Shown: positions 1 through 15,093, counted from the stretch's first letter. The stretch is 64,000 bases of DNA from the human T2T-CHM13v2.0 reference genome, Homo sapiens (GCF_009914755.1 NC_060931.1); one strand, 5' to 3'. Made by a program: numbers and translations. Notes: generated from the sequence alone by a model not told the origin.

Positions 1-140
1 TTCAAGTTGCACGCCTGGAAGAAGCTACGCCTGATGGGTAAAAACAAAAAGACACAAAAAAGGTGCTGTTGTGTTAGTCAGCACTGGATCCCACCAGCAG
101 AACCACTTGGGGCTATATATACAACATGAGGTTGACCATC

Positions 141-296
141 GGTGATGTGGGCTGAATTCTGTTCCCCTAAAATTCATATGTTGAAGTCGTAACCCTCAGC
201 ACTCTTAGAAAGTGCCCGTATTTGAATACAGGGTTTTAAAGAGGTGATTAAGTTTGAAAGAATTCATTAACTGGGGTCCTTATAAGAAGAAAAGTT
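141..296 (+). mobile_element. MLT1 (MaLR) LTR 5' fragment
   Basis: tgtgggctgaattctgttcccctaaaattcatatgttgaagt...gaggtgattaag...ccttataagaag resembles the MLT1 LTR start; ends at an Alu. Confidence 0.75.
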
Positions 297-620
297 GGGC
301 GAGGTGCGGTGGCTCACGCCTGTAATCCCAGCGCTTTGGGAGGCTGAGGCAGGCAGATAACGAGGTCAGGAGTTCCAGACCAGCCCGGCCAATATGGTGA
401 AACCCCGTCTCCACTAAAAATATAAAAATTAGTTGGGCTTGGTGGCACACACTTGTATTCCCAGCTACTCGGGAGGCTGAGAGCAGAAGAATCACTTGAA
501 CCTGGGAGGCGGAGGTTGCAGTGAGCCGAGATCATGCCACTGCACTCCAGCCTGGGCGACAGAGCGAGACTCCATCTCAAAAAAAAAAAAAAAAAAAAAA
601 GAAGAAGAAGAAGAAGAAAA
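297..620 (+). mobile_element. AluS element
   Basis: Dimeric Alu with A-tail becoming (GAA)n; TSD aagaagaaaagttg on both sides. Confidence 0.95.
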
Positions 621-2141
621 GTTGACTGTGTTTCAAAATAAAAAGTATATATGCAATTTGCCGCTTACCACGTTTGAGAATTCAACACAATACAGGAAGT
701 TTTAGAAATATACTGCCATTAGAGCATCACACCTTTTCTGGAACAAGCTTAGCACAGAGAACATCAACCAGACAATCTTACATCAACTGTAACCAAGTAG
801 GAATTTTGCATCTAGCTGAAATGTCATAACAGTTACAAAAAAGAATCACAAGCCTTAGTCGATTTGAGCTTCTTTTTCAAACGTCTTAAAAAAGTCAAAC
901 CAAACAATATTTTAAGCAGGAAAAGACTAATTTTCACAGAGTTGAGTGATCATCCGTCTTAGTGGCTCAGAGCACCCATTAGCCATCCCATAATAAACTG
1001 GAGTAGAAGTTTATTGCTTACATTAAGCATTGCAAATTAAAGGAAAGGGATAATTTCCTTTTAGCAAAATACTCTAGATACCACATCAAAATTACAGAAA
1101 TAATTGTGTCAGAAATACAGTTTAATAGCAAATGGTGTTCTGCTGTGAAACGAAATGCTTTTTAGTAGGTTATATCTTGTAGAATCCACCTGACCCTTGG
1201 ACATCAAAAGGAAGAATTTCCCATAAGAAAAGCTTTAGGGCAATTTCACTTAGTGGCTAGAGATTTATTTTCCATGTCACCAGATTATTAATAGCTGGGA
1301 TTTCTGTTTCAAATCAAGGCAGGAAATTAGTCATATCATGTACAAAGAAAGATTTCATGCGGTCCCACCTATTTCAAAAAGGAAAATGTGGTTAAGTACT
1401 GTATTTAAATTAAATGATCAGTGTTATAGCAATTACTGAGGCACGATTTTGTCAGATGGCAAAGAGAATGCATTAAAGATATGAACAGCTGTTTCTCAGT
1501 TTAAATTTATAGTATTTCAAAATTCAGGAAATGACTTTTGTGTTCTACTTAGAATCGAATTACAAAAATAACAGAACCAGCCCATAATACAGCATTTCGA
1601 ATTACAGAGACGTTTGGACCCTTTCACCAAAGTATACCGTTTTGGCAAAATGATCCAGTTCTAATAAAATCAGAACTGTAACGCAATAAAATCAGGTTTC
1701 ATGTTAGAGTTACATATTACGTTAGTGATCATTTTCACTACAAAGATATCATTTGAATACCAAATCCAAGCACAGTTTTGTGTGGCAGTTTAAGGAAGAA
1801 CCAGTCAACTGGCTTTTAAACTAGAGCATCACGGCTTTTCTGGAACAAGCTTAGCATACATAGAATATACACCATTCAAGCTTAGCGTGTAATAAACTAA
1901 CATGGCTTTTAAAATCATACGATCCCCACTCCTTTTTCTTGTTAGAAAGTTATTCATGCAAATTACTGAATTTCACACAGCAGGGTAATTATAGTATAAA
2001 AAGTGAGTTGCTTTACTCTGAGGCTGATTCAAAACTAGGATCAACCATTCGAGGTATAACAGCCTTTCCGAATTCTCCCTTGAGGGTGTTTAACACATTA
2101 ATAATTAGTTAGGTCAGGCTGACGTTTCAAGTATTACATCT

Positions 2142-2436
2142 GGCCGGGTGTGGTGGCTCATGCCTGTAATCCCAGTGATTTGGGAGGCTGAGGTGGGAGG
2201 ATCGTTTCAGCCCAGGAGTTCAAGACCAGCCTGGGCAACATAGCAAGACCCCATCTCCATAAAAAAATTAAAAAATTAGCTGGGCATGGTGGTGTGTGCC
2301 CGTGATCCCAGCTACCCTGGAGGCTGGGGTGGGAGGATTGATTGAACCTCGGTTTTCGAGGCTGCAGTGAGCTATGATCACCTGGGTGATCCAGCCTGGG
2401 TGACAGAGCAAGACCCTGTCTCAAAAAAAAAAAAAA
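2142..2436 (+). mobile_element. AluJ element
   Basis: ggccgggtgtggtggctca...ggaggatcgtttcagcccagg (J-type), A-tail. Confidence 0.9.
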
Positions 2437-2554
2437 GTGAATACTTCTTGTGAAGAATGGAAACCCAGTATCAAGGGGTTTTTCCACTAAATGCATCCTG
2501 GCCAGTGCCTTTGGTTGGTGCCTTTTTCAAGATCCTCATGAAAAACCTGCCTTC

Positions 2555-2849
<295 letters not shown>

Positions 2850-3243
2850 AAAAGCCTGCCTTGTTTTAGAGAGGAAAATCTGAGTATCGATAAAGAATAA
2901 CAATTGCAATGGCTTGAAACAACTCATGATTTTGAAAACTGGTTTGTAAAGAAAAAAAAAAAGGGACAGACTGTGAGATGGAACATTCATCCTGCCTTTT
3001 TTGAATAAATGTTGGGAGCATTCTCTCTTTGCAGAATTCTTTCAGCTCATAAACACAGGAGAAATCACAGATTTAGGGTGTCATCATATTGCAAATTCAG
3101 CAGTGATATGATCTAAGAAAGGGACCATCAGACATAATATGTCCCCAAGGGAGGACACACCATCATCCATGAAGTGGTCTTGCCGAAAACCCCGCCTGAA
3201 CCTGACAGGTCTTCAGACTTTCCCGATTAGATTAAATGCAGAG

Positions 3244-4036
3244 AAATGCAAATCAAAACCACAATGAGATACCATCTCACACCAGTTAGAATGGCGATCA
3301 TTAAAAAATCTGGAAACAACAGGTGCTGGAGAGGATGTGGAGAAATAGGAACACTTTTACACTGTTGGTGGGACTGTAAACTAGTTCAACCATTGTGGAA
3401 GTCGGTGTGGCAATTCCTCAGGGATCTAGAACTAGAAATACCATTTGACCCAGCCATCCCATTACTGGGTATATACCCAAAGGACTATAAATCATGCTGC
3501 TATAAAGACACATGCACACGTATGTTTATTGCGGCACTATTCACAATAGCAAAGACTTGGAACCAGCCCAGATGTCCAACAATGATAGACTGGATTAAGA
3601 AAATGTGGCACATATACACCATGGAATACTATGCAGCCATAAAAAATGATGAGTTCATGTCCTTTGTAGGGACATGGATGAAGCTGGAAACCATCATTTC
3701 AGCAAACTATCGCAAGAAGAAAAAACCAAACACTGCATGTTCTCACTCATAGGTGGGAATTGAACAATGAGAACACGTGGACACAGGAAGGGGAACATCA
3801 CACACTGGGGACTGTTGTGGGGTGGGGGGAGGGGGAGGGATAGCATTAGGAGATATACCTAATGTAAATGACGAGTTGATGGGTGCAGCACACCAACATG
3901 GCACATGTATATATATATGTTACAAACCTGCATGTTGTGCACATGTACCCTAAAACTTAAAGTTTTATATATATATATAAAAATTATATATTATATATAA
4001 ATATATAAATATAAATATATATATATAAATATAAAA
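3244..4036 (+). mobile_element. 5'-truncated L1PA (about PA3-PA6) 3' end: ORF2 C-terminus, 3'UTR, tail decayed to (TA)n
   Basis: G-rich L1 3'UTR (ggagatatacctaatgtaaatgacgag); TSD agattaaatgcagag / agatgaaatgcagag. Confidence 0.97.
3246..3752 (+). pseudogene. L1 ORF2p C-terminal cysteine-rich domain remnant (non-functional)
   Basis: [52 protein letters not shown] is the L1 ORF2p C-terminus; endonuclease and RT absent; frameshifted at the end. Confidence 0.95.
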
Positions 4037-4689
4037 GATGAAATGCAGAGGACAGAGAAATACATTTCAGGACATCTCAGGGCTGCAAGCAGCAAAATCC
4101 AGGCAGTGGGAAACCCAACAGAATCAACAACCTAGTTTCTTTGATGAATAAATCACAAACGGAGTGGGAAAAATAAAGACGGAGAGTGCGGGAGGGAAAA
4201 TCTCCCAGAATAAAAGAGACATAGGTATGATCCAATTGCAATGTGTGGACTTTATTTGGATTCAAAGTGTAAAAAAATATAAAAATATGTACAATTATAA
4301 GACAATTGGGGAAGTGGGGAAATTAGAACAGAGGATATTTGAAGAGATCAAGGGCTTAGAGCTCATTTTTTAGGTGTGATAATAAAATAGTGGTTATGTG
4401 GGGTTTTTTTGGAAAAACATGTCCTTATCTTTTAAAGATATTCACTGAAATGCTTACAGATGAAAGATGATGTCTAGGATTTACTTTTGTCATCAGAGAG
4501 ACCAAAATAGATGCCTCTGGATTAACTTAGATGGACTCTAACAAAACTCAATTACCTACAGGTCAAGCGTTCAGGGCCTGGCTGACATGGCAAATTTCTA
4601 AATTCCTATAGCTGCAAGAAAAACCACACTTGCTAAACTTCCTGACAATAGGAGCTATCAGACCCCTTCTAACTCTTTTTATGTTTTTT

Positions 4690-5139
4690 ATTTATTTTAT
4701 TTTTTGAGATGGAGTCTCATTCTGTTGCCCAGGCTGGAGTGCAGTGGCACGATCTCGGCTCACTTCAACCTCTGCCTCCTGGGTTCTGCCTCCTGGGTTC
4801 AAGCGATTCCCTTCCTCAGCCTCCCGAGTAGCTGGGACTACAGGTGTGCACAACCACACCTGGCTAATTTTTGTATGTTTAGTAGAGACAGGGTTTCACC
4901 ATGTTGGCCAGGCTGGTCTCAAACTCCTGACCTCAGGTGATCCGTCCATCTCAGCCTCCCAAAGTGCTGGAATTAGAGGCATAAGCCACTGCACTCGGCC
5001 TTTTTTTGTTTTATTTTTTTGTAAAGACAAAGTCTTGCTATGTTGTCCAGGCTGTTCACAGACTCCTGAGTTCAAGCAGTCCTCCCACCTCAGCCTCCCA
5101 AAGTGCTGAGATTACAGACGTGAACCACTGTGCCCAGCC
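4690..5139 (-). mobile_element. AluSx-like (4690-5000) plus Alu left monomer (5001-5139)
   Basis: Reverse Alu consensus; contains a tandem duplication of tctgcctcctgggt. Confidence 0.9.
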
Positions 5140-5624
5140 TACCTCTGATTTACAACTCAGACCACTGCAATTCTGATTGGACAAAGGACCAGCCTTAACA
5201 AACATACTTTCCTAATAAGCAACTGCAGAACTTAAGCCAGTTTCAGCGCTCATAGAGATTGCTCACAAATTTTCTTTGAGTCCCATAGTTTACCTACTGC
5301 TGTAAAAAGCCAAATGCCACCTCAATTTAATGCCAAAACCCTGCCCCAAAGTGAGCACCGGATGTATGTGACATATATGCTTACCCAATGTCCATGCATT
5401 CAGCTCCTCTCATAAATATGTGTAGCTTCCCCCACAAACCTCCTGAATATGCATGACTCTATTGTCTAATGAGGAACCTATGAGGCATAAATCCCAACCT
5501 GTCCTTTCACTTCTCGAAGGAGGGCACCTTTAGCACATGCAAAGACTGTCTCTTCCGGTTTGCCAACTGATATCACCAGTAAAGCTTTTTTTCCTGTGAT
5601 TTAGCCATCCTACTGATCTGTTGT

Positions 5625-5945
5625 TTTATTTTTTATTTATTTTATTTTATTTTATTTTATTGAGACGGAGTCTCTCTCTGTCACCCAGGCTGGAGTGCAA
5701 GGGTGTGATCTCAGCTCACCGCAACCTCCGCCTCCTGAGTTCAAGTAATTCTCATGCCTCAGCCTCCCGAGTAGCTGGGGTTACAGGTGCCTGCCACCAC
5801 GCCCAGCAAATTTTTTGTATTTTTAGTAGAGATGGGGTTTCACCATGTTGGTCAGGCTGGCCTCGAACTCCTGACCTCAGGTGATCCACCTGCCTCGGCC
5901 TCCCAAAGTGCTGGGATTACAGGCGTGAGCCACTGCACCCGGGCT
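5625..5945 (-). mobile_element. AluSx-like element
   Basis: Full reverse Alu, (TTTTA)n tail. Confidence 0.93.
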
Positions 5946-6174
5946 GGTGTTTTGGATCACACTTCGAAACAATCCAGGTTGGGCAGGAGGAGGGAGCGTA
6001 GTCTGGGCAGAGTCCTAGTAAGACTGGCCTTGAATTGGGTACTTATGGAAGCCAGGAGGCGAATATATAGTGGTTCACCTTCTCCATTTATGTTTAGATT
6101 TGAAATTTTCCATAGTAAAACTTTTTTGAAAGAAGCAATTTAAGATACAGCGAAAGCCACAGACTAGTATTAAC

Positions 6175-6478
6175 TTTTTTTTTTAATTTAAAAGAATTTT
6201 TTTGAGACAGAATCTCACTCTGCTGCTCAGGCTATAGTGCAATGGTACAACCATAGTTCACTGAAGCCTTAACCTTCTGGAGTCAAGTGATCCTCCCACC
6301 TCAGCCTCCTGAGTAGCTGGGACTTAGCTGTGCTCCACCACACCCAGCTAATTTTTTATTTTTTGTAGAGATGGGGTCTTGCTGTGTTGCCCAGGCTGTC
6401 TCAAGTGATCTCAAATGATCCTCCCATCTCAGCCTCTCAAAGTGCTGGGATTACAGGTATGAGCCACTGCGCCCATCC
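6175..6478 (-). mobile_element. AluJ element
   Basis: Diverged reverse Alu with J-type motifs. Confidence 0.85.
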
Positions 6479-6747
6479 TACAATGACTTTTTAATCCAAT
6501 TCAGAAGTTAATGTTTTCGTTGGGTAGCTAAAATCTCTGATCAACAGATTTTTTTTTCTGCAAAAAAAAAAAGTGAGTTTTTTTCCAGGAAAAAAAAAGA
6601 TGTGTAATATTTTATGTTTATTAAATACCAATATATATACAGCCAGCTTGGGGACCTTGATACACCCATCTTGAAGATCATTGTTCTAGAATGCTGCTGG
6701 CCCCACTGGGGTCCCTGTGCCAGCAGCTGTCCAGATATCTCAGCCAC

Positions 6748-7048
6748 TTTTTTTTTTTTTTTTTTGAGACAGAGTCTCACTCTGTTGCCCAGGCTAGAGT
6801 GTAGTGGCACAGTTTTGGCTCACTGCAACCTCTGCCTCCTGGGTTCAAACAATCCTCCTGCCTCAGCCTCCTGAGTAGATGGGACTACAGGTGCCCACCA
6901 CCACACCCAGCTGATTTTTGTATTTTTAGTAGAGATAGAGTTTCGCCATGTTGGCCAGGCTGGTCTCGAACTCCTGGCCTCAGGTGATCCACCTGCCTCA
7001 GCCTCCCAAAATGCTAGGATTACAGGCGTAAGCCACCAAGCCCAGCCC
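6748..7048 (-). mobile_element. AluS element
   Basis: Reverse Alu; TSD tcagccactttt. Confidence 0.93.
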
Positions 7049-7868
7049 TGTCAGCCACTTTTTAATGCACCCATTCCAAACCTTTGCATTTGACTGTTCT
7101 TTACTTCCCTTCAACCCCTCTGTGTCATCGCAGAGCCCAATGACTCCCCTGGAGACCACGGCTTTGCTAATTAAAATAGTTTTCCTGATTCTTGAAGGTG
7201 TGGATTATCATGAGTATTGCATTTATTGAAGCCGTTGCTGTGGAGAATGACTAATAGGTCGAGACATGTCGTTCCCCCCGCAGGCTCGATTTACAGGATG
7301 TGCTGAAGCCAAAAGCCACTGATGCTCTGGCCTGAGGAGCCAGTGCTCCCTAGGGACCTATTTGTCTGTTCAATTCATTAGGCCAACCTTACCTGGGTCC
7401 CTGGGAGTCCAGATTTTTGTATTGCGTGTGATAAAAGGGCTTTCCTTGAATGTTCAAAGACATACCCTGAAGTTCCAGACTTTTGGTGCCAGCAGCTCCA
7501 GCCTGGTCCAGGGACCCTGGAGTGCAGGGGCCACACCCCACTGACTCTGCCCCTGTGGGAGTCCTGAGTTCTGGGCACCTCCTGAGGTCCCAACGGTCCT
7601 CTAATGCTGGCCTATCCCAAGTGCCCATGGCTGCATCTCAGAGCAGGGGCAGCCCGGGCACCAGGAGCCCCTCCTGGGACTAGACATGGAACCAGGTGGT
7701 GGGTGCCTGGTGGGGCCTGCAGACCCCACACTGTGAGTCAGGACAGCTGCTTCAGAAGGAACCTGAACCCAGAAGTACCCTGGTGGAGGGGAGAAACATC
7801 AGCCTTGACACTTAGCCTTCCTGAGCCTCAGTTTCCCTGTCTGTAAAATGGATATAAAACTACCTACC

Positions 7869-8403
7869 TGTATTCATTTGCTAAGCCCGCCCTCACAAAG
7901 GACTACTAACTTGGTGGCTGAAAGCAACAGAAATGTATTCTCTCATCATTCCAAAGGCCCAAAGTGCAAGATCCATTTCATTGGCTTGAAATCAAAGTGT
8001 TGGCAGGACCACACCTCCTCCGGGTGTGTGGGGCTCTGGGGACAACAAGTACCTTGCCTTTTCAGCTTCCAGGGGCTGGTATACCTTGGCTAATCTCTGC
8101 TTCTGACTTCACGTCGCCACCTCTTCTGCCTGTGTCAAATCTCCCTCCGTCTCCTACTTATAAGGACAGTTATAATTGTATTTAAGGCCCACCTGGCTGT
8201 CATTGGACCAGCCTAAGAGGTACAAAGGTGGTGAGGTGTCTGCTCCAAGCTGAAAGTACCAGATGCACGTGCTTTCAAGATAATTCCCCCATCTCAATAT
8301 CTTTCACTTAATCGCATTTGCAAAACCTCTTTTTCCTTATGAAGAGACATTTACAGGTTCAAGGGATTAGGACCTTGGGCAGCCACCCTATCAGCCTACT
8401 ACA
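7869..8403 (-). mobile_element. MLT1 (MaLR) LTR
   Basis: tgtattcatttgcta...caacagaaatgtattctctca...ttataaggac...acaggttcaagggattaggac...agcctactaca. Confidence 0.8.
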
Positions 8404-8467
8404 TGACCCCATAAAATAGCAGAGAGGATTCCTTGAGGGAATATATGTAAAGTTCTCAGACACTGCG

Positions 8468-9126
<659 letters not shown>

Positions 9127-9664
9127 CTGTGCCTGGTGCCTGGAAAGCAATATTGTCCCCGTTGTCCCAGGAGGCCAGGGAATTGGTATCTGATACGTTA
9201 GCTTGGACCTGAAACCATGCTCTGAACTTCCCCCAACACCTCCTTCCACATGCTTGTCTCATGACCTCTAAGGCTGGAAGCCTGACCCCTGTCCAGTGGA
9301 GCCTGTTCTCCACAGCCCCTGGAGCCAGAAGGTCCATCTTATACAGATACCCAGTGCCTGCCCCACAGTAAGCATTCACACCAAGCTTGCTGCTGGAATT
9401 CACTGGAGTACATTTTTTCAGAAACCCTGAAGCTTGCCTTTTTAAATGTCTACGTGTTGGATCTTTATGGAGATGTCCCTGAAATTGATTACATATTCCC
9501 CAACAGTGTCCCAGTGCAAAACATAAGCCTTTTGCAGCTGACACAGCCATGGTGGGGACTTTGTCCTTGCTGTGTGCACCTGCTATTAGAGCAGCCTGAT
9601 ACAAGCAGAGGCGGCAGGGTGTCTGCTCCAAGCTGAAAGTGCCATGTACATGTGACAGGTGTGA

Positions 9665-10217
<553 letters not shown>

Positions 10218-10528
10218 ACTACATTACTAATTTTGTCAGATATTATTTATAGGAAAAGGCAAGGATCAGGGTCATTTATCTTTTAAGGAATGTAGTGACT
10301 CAGGCAAGAGACATCAGGGACCATGTACTCTGTCCTGTTTTGTCTTCAAAGTGTCATCTTTCTGGAGAACTACACGTTGTCCCAGAGTCAGGGGCCGTGT
10401 GAAATTCTGCTACGAACAGAAATGAACAAACATGGCTTCTTTTGTTTGTTACTTCATCTCCCATGTGTTTTATTTGGTCATGAATTACTGGTTGTATTTA
10501 TAAGATTAATGTTGATTATTTTATATAG

Positions 10529-10888
<360 letters not shown>

Positions 10889-10899
10889 ACAAACCAAGG

Positions 10900-12170
10900 A
10901 TCTTTATAAAACTATACCGAGCGCAAAAATAAGTAAACGTGAGTTATTCTATTTATTGCTTTGTCTCATGTTATTGTTATTGTTTGATTACATGCCCTCC
11001 TCCACCACCGCAAAGAATCTGAAATACTTTCTATCTTCTAACTTTTTTAATTGGCATCTAAAACTTTTCCTCAGTGTAAATGGTTGCAAAGGACAATATT
11101 TCTGGTGTAAATATTGACACTTAAAAAATAAAACTGTCATATCGCTCTCTTAAACATATCCATTGAAATCTACATACCACAGTAATTTGATATCCATCAT
11201 CATTTGCTTAGAAGATACCCAGACAAGCTCCTTTTTAATAGTCAAGAATTTTGTAATTTTCGTTGCTCTCCTTGAGCTCATAGTTCCATTCCATTTCCCC
11301 CACAGAACTATATTCTAACTCAATCTATTTTTATGCTTGAAAGTATTTTATTAATCGCCCTATTATAACTCTCTCAACAAAAAAATATATCAGTTAAAAT
11401 TACATTTTTTAATTACCTGTGACAAGAAAGCTCTAGAGTTAAATTCTTCTTGTTTGAGCTAACAATACAATCATGAGTACTCAATTTATCAAAACCAACT
11501 CATTATACATTTTTGTAAATAATTATTAAGCACAAACATAAACTTTTGTGAGACTTGCATCTTTTAATGAGATCGATGGGGGTGTCTGTTTTTCCGCACT
11601 GATTCCATGAATCCGTAGTTGAGTGTCTCTCTCCTCAATGAACTCAAATTCAGCAGCAGTTTTCCTCTCTTTATTTTTATTTTTATTTTATTTTATTGAG
11701 ACGGAGCCTCGCCCTGTCACCCAGGCTGGAGTGCAGTGGTGCGATCTTGGCTCACTGCAACCTCCACCTCTGGGTTCAAGCGATTCTCCTGACTCAGCCT
11801 CCCAAGTAGCTGGAATTACAGGTGCACACCACCATGCCCAAATAATTTTTGTATTTTTAGTAGAGACGGGGTTTCACCATGTTGGCCAGGCGGGTCTCGA
11901 ACTCCTGACCTCAAGTGATCTGCCTGCCTCGGCCTCCCAAAGTGCTGGGATTACAGACGTGAGCCACTGCACCCGGCCTCTGTCTATTTTTTAATGCAAG
12001 CATTAAAAAGATACCATTCATGAAATAAGTAGATGGGCACATGGAAGGGGTTTTGTTAGAGCAGCACCCCTCAAGTATTTGCAGTCTTTCAGAGTTAGGT
12101 GCCCAGATTCACATAATGACCTATCATCAAGAAAACTTCCATTGGTCTTGTTTTAATGGTACGGAAAGCT
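10900..12170 (-). mobile_element. hAT/Charlie-like DNA transposon remnant, interrupted by an AluS (~11670-11978)
   Basis: AT-rich; reverse translation near 11045-11100 gives ILSFATIYTEEKF*, resembling the hAT C-terminal LLPFATTYLCE..F motif. Confidence 0.5.
11670..11978 (-). mobile_element. AluS element
   Basis: Full reverse Alu. Confidence 0.93.
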
Positions 12171-12574
12171 CAGTGTTGGAGACACCTGGCTGAATTATGA
12201 CCTTGTCCCAGGAGGACATCAGCTCCCAGGGGCAGGCCTTGCTGGTCTCTCTGCTCTGTCCCTAGGGCCTGCCCAGTGGTCATCTCCAAGGACCAGAGTA
12301 GGTGAGTGGGTATAAAACTACCTACCTGTATTCGTTTGCTAAACCTGCCCTCACAAAGGACCACTAACCTGGTGCCTGAAAACAACAGAAATGTATTCTC
12401 TCATCATTCCAAAGGCCTGAACTGCAACATCAGTTTAACTAGCCTGTGACTCAGGTCCCAGTGGTGCTGACGGTGGTGATCGCTAGCCAGGAAACCTACC
12501 AAGGCTCTGACTATGCATTGCAAAGGCTCTAGCCCTCTGCAAAGCAGTAGGCTTCTGGCTGTGGTCAAAAACAG

Positions 12575-12878
12575 TTTTTCTTTTTGTTTTTTGTTCTTCA
12601 GACAGGGTCTGGCTCTGTCACTCGGGCTGGCGTGCAGTGACACAATCTCAGCTTAACGCAGCCTCTGCCTCCTAGGCTCAAGTGATCCTCCCACCTCAGC
12701 CTCCTGAATAGCTGGGACTATAGGCATGCACCAGTACAGCTGACTAATTTTTGTATTTTTAGTAGAGACAGGGTTCCACCATGTTGACCAGCTGGTCTTG
12801 AACTCCTGACCTCAGACGATCTGCCCACCTCGGCCTCCCAAATGCTGGGATTACAGGCGTGAACTACGGCACCCAGCC
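12575..12878 (-). mobile_element. AluJb-like element
   Basis: Reverse Alu; acagttttt flanks. Confidence 0.88.
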
Positions 12879-13554
12879 AACAAGGACAGTTTTTACTTTA
12901 TTTGTTCTGTGAAATGGGAGAACAGAATTCTTGGAAGGAAACCAAAGCTGCCAAGGAAAATCTTGATTGCAGCTGCCTTCTCAGATGGATCTGTTCCGGG
13001 AGACTGAATCTCTTGGAGTCTTCTTGTGTCCCAGCTAAAATGAGTGACGCCAGGGGCTCCCAGAGCTTAGCCTGAAGCACTTAACGGAGTGCTTGTTGGG
13101 CAACAGCCTGGCACGAAGAGGACATCAGCTCCCTGGGAAGGCCTTGCCTGGTCTTCTCTCTGCTCTGTCCCCAGGGCCTGCCCAGTGGATATCTCCAAGG
13201 ACCAGCGTAGGTCAATGCACTGGTGGCTGTGGCTCATGCCTCAATGATGCTGACAGTGGGGGGGGTCATTGGCCAGGAAGCCCATGAAGGCTCTAACTAC
13301 GCCACACTCAAGCTAACAACCAAAAACAGGGAGGCCCCACGGACTTTGCTTTCATGGTGCCAGCTGTCACTTTGCTCAAGTTTTCAAGGGATTTCCAACA
13401 AACTTTAGCCAGAGATTTCCATCAGTAGAGCTGAAATCCACATCAGGTATTGGTTACCTTATTTGTGCATTCATTTCTTCACTCCTCAAACAGGTAGGAA
13501 ATGGAGCATTCGTGGGTTTTCACTATCTGTGTGCCAGGCCCTGAGCCAGGCACC

Positions 13555-13800
13555 AAAGGCAGGAGGATCACTTGAGGTCAGGAGTTTGAAATCAGCCTGC
13601 ACAACATAGCAAGACCCAGTCTCTAAAAAATAATTTTTTTTAGTTAGCCAGGCATGGTGGTGCATAGCTGTAGTCCCAGCTACTTGCAAGGGTGAGGTGG
13701 GGGGATCACCCAGGAAGTTGAGGCTGCAGCGAGCCATGATCACACCACTGCACTCCAGCGTAGGAGACAGCAAGACCCTGTTTACAAAAAATAAAAAGTA
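13555..13800 (+). mobile_element. 5'-truncated AluJ
   Basis: ggaggatcacttgaggtcagg...gcaagaccctgtttacaaaaa. Confidence 0.85.
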
Positions 13801-13834
13801 ATTGTATCGCTATAATCTATAACCAGATGCACTC

Positions 13835-14535
<701 letters not shown>

Positions 14536-14908
14536 CACTCTTACCCTCAAATCTTGATGTAATTCTGCTATAATATAACTTCTTTAAAAGTTTGATATAA
14601 TTTTACACATACTAAACTTCCACAACCCATGTATCAGCAATGGGCTTAAACACTGGGCCAGGACAGTACAGTGGGTCTCCTGTCCTCAGGGCCCTCACCA
14701 TGGGGAGGCAGGTGCAGGCAGGACGACAACTCCCACCCTGCTGGAATGGAAATCCAAGCCCTGGATGCAGCAAGAGGGAAAGAAATTCAGGGTCTGGTGG
14801 CCTTTGGGCTGCAGTCCTTGACACTGTCTGCCCTGAACAACCCCCAGCCCACTCCTGCCATGTCATCATTTGAATATGGGGTGGGGGGCACTCGGATTTC
14901 TAAGAGTT

Positions 14909-15093
14909 CCTTGACATTCACCTTCCAGAACTCCGCCTCCTTGACATTCACCTCCTAGAACTCCACGTCCTTGACATTCACCTCCCAGAACTCCATGCCC
15001 TCAACATTCACCTCCCAGAACTCCGCCTCCTTGACATTCACCTCCCAGAACCCCGCCTCCTTGACATTCATTCTCCAGAACTCCGCCTCCTTG
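14909..15093. repeat. 30-bp minisatellite, about 6 copies
   Basis: Unit CCTTGACATTCACCTCCCAGAACTCCGCCT repeated in exact 30-nt register. Confidence 0.97.

Larger units (their letters stand above)
4488..5961 (+). mobile_element. ERV1 MER4-group solo LTR (LTR54-like) interrupted by Alus
   Basis: tgtcatcagagagaccaaaatagatgcc...ggatcaca, TG...CA termini, cttt/cttc flanks. Confidence 0.65.
3080..6125 (+). mobile_element. Old L1M (L1MC/L1ME-type) 3' region split by younger insertions (pieces ~3080-3240, ~4040-4487, ~5962-6125)
   Basis: gtggactttatttggattc, tgtgataata..gtggttatg, ccttatcttttaaagata, tttgaaattttccatagtaaaa are typical old L1 3'-end motifs. Confidence 0.6.

Noticed and set aside
620-2140. 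Retrocopy or named-gene 3'UTR
   Set aside because: No poly(A) tail, TSD or coding remnant; the adjacent A-run belongs to an Alu with its own TSD. I cannot assign a gene.
3246-3752. 168-aa ORF as a functional gene
   Set aside because: It is only the C-terminal fragment of L1 ORF2 in a 5'-truncated copy with no promoter, endonuclease or RT.
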